In this document: positions 59,873 to 64,000 of the stretch, piece by piece
Layout: every line of letters begins with the position of its first letter
Position numbering within the stretch: the first letter of the stretch is position 1
Assembly: GCA_934276635.1 (NCBI GenBank)
Contig: CAKQTH010000001.1
Location: forward strand, 72,098-136,097
Direction: 5' to 3'
From: an uncultured Alphaproteobacteria bacterium
GTDB taxonomy: Bacteria; Pseudomonadota; Alphaproteobacteria; RF32; CAG-239
Length of the DNA: 64,000 nucleotides
Notes under the pieces: model-generated
Told to the model about the DNA's origin: nothing
The model's input: only the letters and a program-made list of their open reading frames with translations
Database searches by the model: none
Made by a program: the position numbers and the translations under genes

Positions 59873-60949
59873 TTAGAAATTTGTAACGGTTGGTATTTCT
59901 TTTAGGCTCTTAATGTCTTTCTTTTGCTTATACCATTCAAACAGCCAGTTCCACATTTTATAAATAAATACTTTATCCTCTTTTATATAGCCCAATACAT
60001 TAGAAACGAGGAAACAGCGGCAAAACATTCGAGAAACAAATTCTTTTCTCCAATCAAAATATTTAGAGCATTCTGCCACAGTCGGTAAAAACATTTTATC
60101 AAAAAAGACATCAAAAGTGAGTTTTGCGTCCACCAAATTAATCGGGCCAGTTAGACTACTGTTATTTTTTATAAATATGGGGTTATATTTCATTAGTAAA
60201 AGGCGCTGAGAACTCAAAAACCAGAAACATATACTAATATCGCATAAAATTGGATTTATTCCGCACTGGTCTAAATCCCAAAACAACCAATCATATGAAT
60301 AATTAAAATCATATAAATCGCCGTGTGACAACGTTGTCAATGTAATTGAATCCGATTTGAAGTATTCTATTACAGTCGCAATAGATTCTGAAATACTATC
60401 AAGTAAATCAGGTGCCAGTCGTGAAATATCTTGAAGAAGTAGCAAATAATCATTTTGGTAAAAATTTACGGCCCTTCCTTTAAACAAGCGATCTTCAAAA
60501 AAAGTCGCCGAAGGATAGTTGTCTGTTTTTTCAGAGGATTCAATATTTTTTAAATATAGGTGCGATAATTTATTGAAAAATTGTGTGATTTTATTCCTTT
60601 TATGAATATCTCTATCATACCCTACATACACAAACCCATTCTTTTCTTTTGCTTGAATATATTCATAAACAAGAACTGTCGTCTTGTTTTTTCCAAGAAT
60701 TGAGTCCAGTATTTTAGGCGTAGGAAATAAAAGACTAAAATTTTTTAGTCGTATAAAATCACTTTGTGAAAAATTATCATAAAAAAACTTTAAAAAATAT
60801 TTATTATTTTCAATTGTTAGTATTCCGCTTTTTATTTTAGAAGGTCTGTCCTTGTCGAAAAACGGTAGAAAATCAAACCCATGAATTTTATTTTCTATAA
60901 TTAAATTGATACATGACGTTAATTGACAATGTGTCACACTTACACTCAT
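59873..60949 (-). CDS. aminoglycoside-phosphotransferase (APH)/choline-kinase-fold kinase
   Basis: Brenner catalytic motif LSHGDLYDFN plus downstream D (WDLD); 358 aa; only minus-strand gene in the island. Confidence 0.65.
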   Translation of the reverse strand: MSVSVTHCQLTSCINLIIENKIHGFDFLPFFDKDRPSKIKSGILTIENNKYFLKFFYDNFSQSDFIRLKNFSLLFPTPKILDSILGKNKTTVLVYEYIQAKEKNGFVYVGYDRDIHKRNKITQFFNKLSHLYLKNIESSEKTDNYPSATFFEDRLFKGRAVNFYQNDYLLLLQDISRLAPDLLDSISESIATVIEYFKSDSITLTTLSHGDLYDFNYSYDWLFWDLDQCGINPILCDISICFWFLSSQRLLLMKYNPIFIKNNSSLTGPINLVDAKLTFDVFFDKMFLPTVAECSKYFDWRKEFVSRMFCRCFLVSNVLGYIKEDKVFIYKMWNWLFEWYKQKKDIKSLKEIPTVTNF

Positions 60950-61081
60950 TTGAGCCTTCCATATTTTTTACATATACTTGCTATTATAAATAATTTGTTA
61001 GAAAGACACAAGAATTTTGTATGTTTTTTTTGTTTTTTAGCAGAAAAACTCAAATAAATATTTTATTTTGATTGAAATTGG

Positions 61082-61089
61082 TGTATAAT
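61082..61089 (+). promoter_or_regulatory. candidate extended -10 promoter element (TGTATAAT) in the divergent intergenic region
   Basis: TGnTATAAT at 61082-61089, 30 nt upstream of ATG 61119. Confidence 0.3.
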
Positions 61090-61118
61090 AATATAAATTC
61101 ATTTTAAGGTATGAAATC

Positions 61119-62297
61119 ATGCATCGGCAATTTGATACATATACGACCTTTTTCGATTTGGGAATAGATCATGCAGATTTTCCATTCTGTTCGTTGGAGT
61201 ACTGTTCTGGTGGATTTAACAAAAAAAGAGCCCATACTAATCGTATTATTTGGAAGAGATTAACTGGACAGGATTTATCAGCAGAAGAAGCTATTCAAGC
61301 TGATAAGTTTATTCAGGGAATAGGTTATGCTGAACAAAAAAAGAAATTTGAACATTGTGCTTTATGTTCGGATACATTTACGTGTGAACCTCTTGTAGAG
61401 TTTTCTGGAAAATTTAATTATTGGGATTTAGCTTTTCCAACAAGCCCATATACTCCAGCAGGAATTATGATTTATTTAAAAGAACGTAAAAAATTAAGAT
61501 TAGAGGTTATTGATGCATTGTCGAAAGAGGCCTTTGAAGAAATTGAGACAATAGCAAACTCCCTTTTTTACATACTAAAAAATGAAATACCCGATCTATG
61601 TGGTGTAAATATACTGTTTCATCAAATTTCGACCTCTCAAGCCTGTTTACATGGGCATGTTGAGCTGATGCTTCACAATATAGACCCTTCTCTTGGATGT
61701 TTTTTAAAGAAACAGCGTCCATTTGATATTTGTGCGAACTACCTAAATAACCAACTTGAAGAAAAAGATAACATATGTTTTTTTACAGAGGGAATTAGAT
61801 TGAATAGTAAATCTTTTTCCGTATTAGAAACAATGAAAATTATTAAAGAATACCGCAATAATACTGTTAATTTATTTAATTTTTTTTCTGAAGTACGTAA
61901 AAATTACTTTAGTAAAACATCTAAACAAAAAAAGGCAAAAGAATTGCTTTCACAAAAAGGGTTTAATTCTACACAAATTGACCAGATATTATTTGATATA
62001 ACACCGGCCCCAATAAATTGTGTATATTTTACTTACTATAGGAATGAATATTTCATTTCTATTATTCCAGAATTAATTTTAAGATCAATACCATTAAGTA
62101 AAATCACAGATGATGAATACTTGTTATACAATTTAAAGTATAATGCCATTCAACCACGTGAAGAAAAGTTTTTTTTAGAAGAAAAGCACCCATTAATACG
62201 ACCAAGTATAAAATTGAGACAAGCAATGCCTGCTGATAAAAAAATATTAATCTTAAAACAAATCGTTCACAATATATTATCAAAGGAGCGTTTATGA
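61119..62297 (+). CDS. hypothetical protein; tentative GalT/HIT-like nucleotidyltransferase
   Basis: 392 aa; N-terminal Cys pair FPFCSLEYCSGG resembling the GalT zinc site; His dyad LHGHVELML resembling the HIT/GalT H-x-H motif; assignment weak. Confidence 0.4.
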   Translation: MHRQFDTYTTFFDLGIDHADFPFCSLEYCSGGFNKKRAHTNRIIWKRLTGQDLSAEEAIQADKFIQGIGYAEQKKKFEHCALCSDTFTCEPLVEFSGKFNYWDLAFPTSPYTPAGIMIYLKERKKLRLEVIDALSKEAFEEIETIANSLFYILKNEIPDLCGVNILFHQISTSQACLHGHVELMLHNIDPSLGCFLKKQRPFDICANYLNNQLEEKDNICFFTEGIRLNSKSFSVLETMKIIKEYRNNTVNLFNFFSEVRKNYFSKTSKQKKAKELLSQKGFNSTQIDQILFDITPAPINCVYFTYYRNEYFISIIPELILRSIPLSKITDDEYLLYNLKYNAIQPREEKFFLEEKHPLIRPSIKLRQAMPADKKILILKQIVHNILSKERL

Positions 62298-63100
62298 TGG
62301 GATTTTCTTTTCTTACATTGCCCCATTCACATTTAGTAAAAATAGTTAGTTTATTAGATAACTTGTCTAATGATGAAAAAGGCTTCCTACGTAAAAGTGG
62401 GGATATTACGATAGACAATGGACATTACTTCATTAAGGAATTGAGAAAAGAACGAATTATTTTTCCTCCAGATCAATACATTAAATTTTATCAGGAGTAT
62501 TATCACAAATTAAATTCCGCTATTGAGACATATCCTTCCTATGGTATGTGGTGTATAGACAATAAAGTATTTGAGGTTCAACCATTTATTGCTAATCAAT
62601 CTATAATGATGAGAGGGACTCTATTGGATTGGAATACCTTAAAAAAGACTTATACAAAAATACTACAAGATATTGATTCAGTTCAAAGAAAATATGGAAC
62701 AAAAGATTTTTCTTTCGTTGGAATTGAAACTGCGATTTGGAATTTTTCAACAGATGGACGTCTGTATGATTTTAATCCTGTGCGCCTATATAATGCAAAT
62801 TGTCTATTTACCACAACAAATGATCCTGATATGCTAGAAAAAACAAAGTTTCGTAATTTCTCGCCTTTTGGAATGAAGGTTAATTTATTAGCAACAGTTG
62901 GAATCGCAGTCAAAAATAAAGATTTTATCTTGCAAAATAATCCAAACAATTGGTTTTTGGAGTTAAAATCGATACTTAGGGATAATCTTAAGGCTCAAGA
63001 TAGTGAAAAAGTCGATCTACTTGAAAATCAAACTGATTTTCCTAAATGGCATCCGTTACAAATAATAAATAATTTCAACAGGGGGGGAAGAAATGGATAA
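62294..63100 (+). CDS. hypothetical protein, degenerate APH-fold kinase paralogue (catalytic His-Gly-Asp not conserved)
   Basis: STDGRLYDFNPVRL aligns with SHGDLYDFNYSYD of the 59873-60949 kinase but lacks the HGD triad; RBS AAGGAG. Confidence 0.45.
   Translation: MMGFSFLTLPHSHLVKIVSLLDNLSNDEKGFLRKSGDITIDNGHYFIKELRKERIIFPPDQYIKFYQEYYHKLNSAIETYPSYGMWCIDNKVFEVQPFIANQSIMMRGTLLDWNTLKKTYTKILQDIDSVQRKYGTKDFSFVGIETAIWNFSTDGRLYDFNPVRLYNANCLFTTTNDPDMLEKTKFRNFSPFGMKVNLLATVGIAVKNKDFILQNNPNNWFLELKSILRDNLKAQDSEKVDLLENQTDFPKWHPLQIINNFNRGGRNG
63081..63087. repeat. G7 homopolymeric tract overlapping the RBS of the IMPase-like gene
   Basis: ggggggg at 63081-63087. Confidence 0.9.
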
Positions 63101-63829
63101 ATATTCGGATTTAGAGAAAATACTGCAAAAATTAATATCCCTTTCTGTTGAAGCTGGAGAACTAGCTAAATCGATTAAAGAAAAAAAAGAATGTGCAGAT
63201 GAAGAAATTGAAATTTTTATCCGTAATAATTTAAAAGACTTCAATTATTCATTTATAGGAGAAGAAACAAAACCTTTTATAAATCAAACTTCTAACCGTT
63301 GTTTTGTTGTCGATCCGATTGATGGCAGTCTGAACTATCAGAATGGTGATGAAAATTGGTGTGTTTCTATATCTCTTATGGAGAATGAAGCGCCGCTTCT
63401 TGGGGTTGTTTTTGTTCCTGAAAAACATATGCTTTTTTACGCGCAAAAAACAAAAGGGGCAAAAATCCTTGATTGTCAGAAACATTCCGAAAGCAGTCTT
63501 GTTATTAAAAAGAAATCAAATTTAATTGAATTATTAGGGGCATCCGACAATTCTACCAAGATCAGAGAAATCTTGCTAAATACTGTTTTAGATAAAAATT
63601 ATATTCGTTTCCGACATACAGGATCCATAGTTGTTGCTTCTTTAAAGCTAATAATGGGGGAGCAAGAGGTATAATATATGGGGGAAAGACTCATTTGCAT
63701 GATATAGCAGCTGTATGGTTAATTGTTAAAGAAAGCGGTGGGGAAACATTCTTTAATAAGGATAAAGGATTGTTTATTGCGACACAGGATAAAGAGACAA
63801 TGGAAAAATTAGAGAGGTTTTATTTATGA
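63093..63829 (+). pseudogene. inositol monophosphatase-family gene split by a +2 frameshift at a G5 run (63680-63684)
   Basis: N-terminal frame 63093-63674 carries the metal motifs FIGEETKPF and FVVDPIDGSLNY; the C-terminal signature HDIAAVWLIVKESGGE (WD-AAG...EAGG) lies in the +2 frame 63677-63829. Confidence 0.55.
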
Positions 63830-64000
63830 TAAAGGATGCAGAATGGAATAATATAAAAGAAATCGTGGCACAATTGAATATTCCAAATGAGTACAGAGAA
63901 GCTATCATATTTGGAATAAAGAAAATCTATAACGTTATGCCTTATAAACCCATTTTTATTGGGATATGTGGTAGTGCCGCGCGAGAAGATATTGTTCCAA
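63828..64000 (+). CDS. nucleotidyltransferase-domain protein (Pol-beta superfamily, ANT/Lnu-like), N-terminal part; continues past window end
   Basis: ...IGICGSAAREDIVP matches the G-S-x-A-R-G nucleotidyltransferase motif; ATGA overlap with the preceding stop. Confidence 0.45.

Larger units (their letters stand above)
54593..64000 (+). other. AT-rich genomic island (about 30% GC by eye vs about 40-50% flanking): operon-like array of cyclitol/nucleotide-metabolism enzymes; right boundary beyond window
   Basis: abrupt composition and codon-usage shift (AAA/ATT/TTT-rich) starting immediately after the phage lysis cassette; genes tightly packed with ATGA-type overlaps. Confidence 0.6.

Overview
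This is a 64-kb chromosomal segment from an alphaproteobacterium. The assignment rests on a GcrA cell-cycle regulator, SecB/Tim44-like/MltA/Smr synteny, the ruvAB-ybgC block, rpoZ-spoT, and atpHAGDC downstream of priA. About 46 kb (1-46.5 kb) is ordinary housekeeping. It encodes recombination (ruvAB, priA), glycogen remodelling (glgB-glgX-malQ), der-bamB-yfgM, transketolase, F1 ATP synthase, acpS-lepB-rnc-era, one tRNA-Arg(CCU) and several intrinsic terminators. Host composition is roughly 40-50% GC by eye. The right-hand third is accessory and compositionally mosaic, in three patches.

- 46.5-49.5 kb: a decayed patch. It holds a purine-rich reading frame interrupted by two in-frame stops, a gene remnant, an orphan type IV pilin-like gene, an MccF-like S66 LD-carboxypeptidase, and a C9 and a G10 homopolymeric tract.
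- 49.7-54.5 kb: a defective prophage remnant. It carries a lambda-like tail-tip module (minor tail, NlpC/P60 gpK-like, gpI/J-like host-specificity protein) and a lysis cassette (holin-like genes, an overlapped Rz/Rz1-like spanin pair). No head, terminase or integrase genes are present.
- 54.6 to beyond 64 kb: a strongly AT-rich island (about 30% GC by eye). It is an operon-like array encoding a NodU/CmcH-family carbamoyltransferase, a divergent 3-dehydroquinate-synthase-like sugar-phosphate cyclase, four kinase-like proteins (two P-loop, two APH-fold), a NUDIX hydrolase, a histidine phosphatase, a frameshifted inositol-monophosphatase-like gene and two nucleotidyltransferase-like proteins.

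The island is the best candidate in the window for an undescribed system. It most resembles a pathway for a phosphorylated or nucleotide-activated carbamoylated cyclitol, which would be aminocyclitol or C7-cyclitol-like. It matches no described cluster architecture that I can recognise from the sequence. All functional calls are from motif recognition by eye; no database searches were possible.
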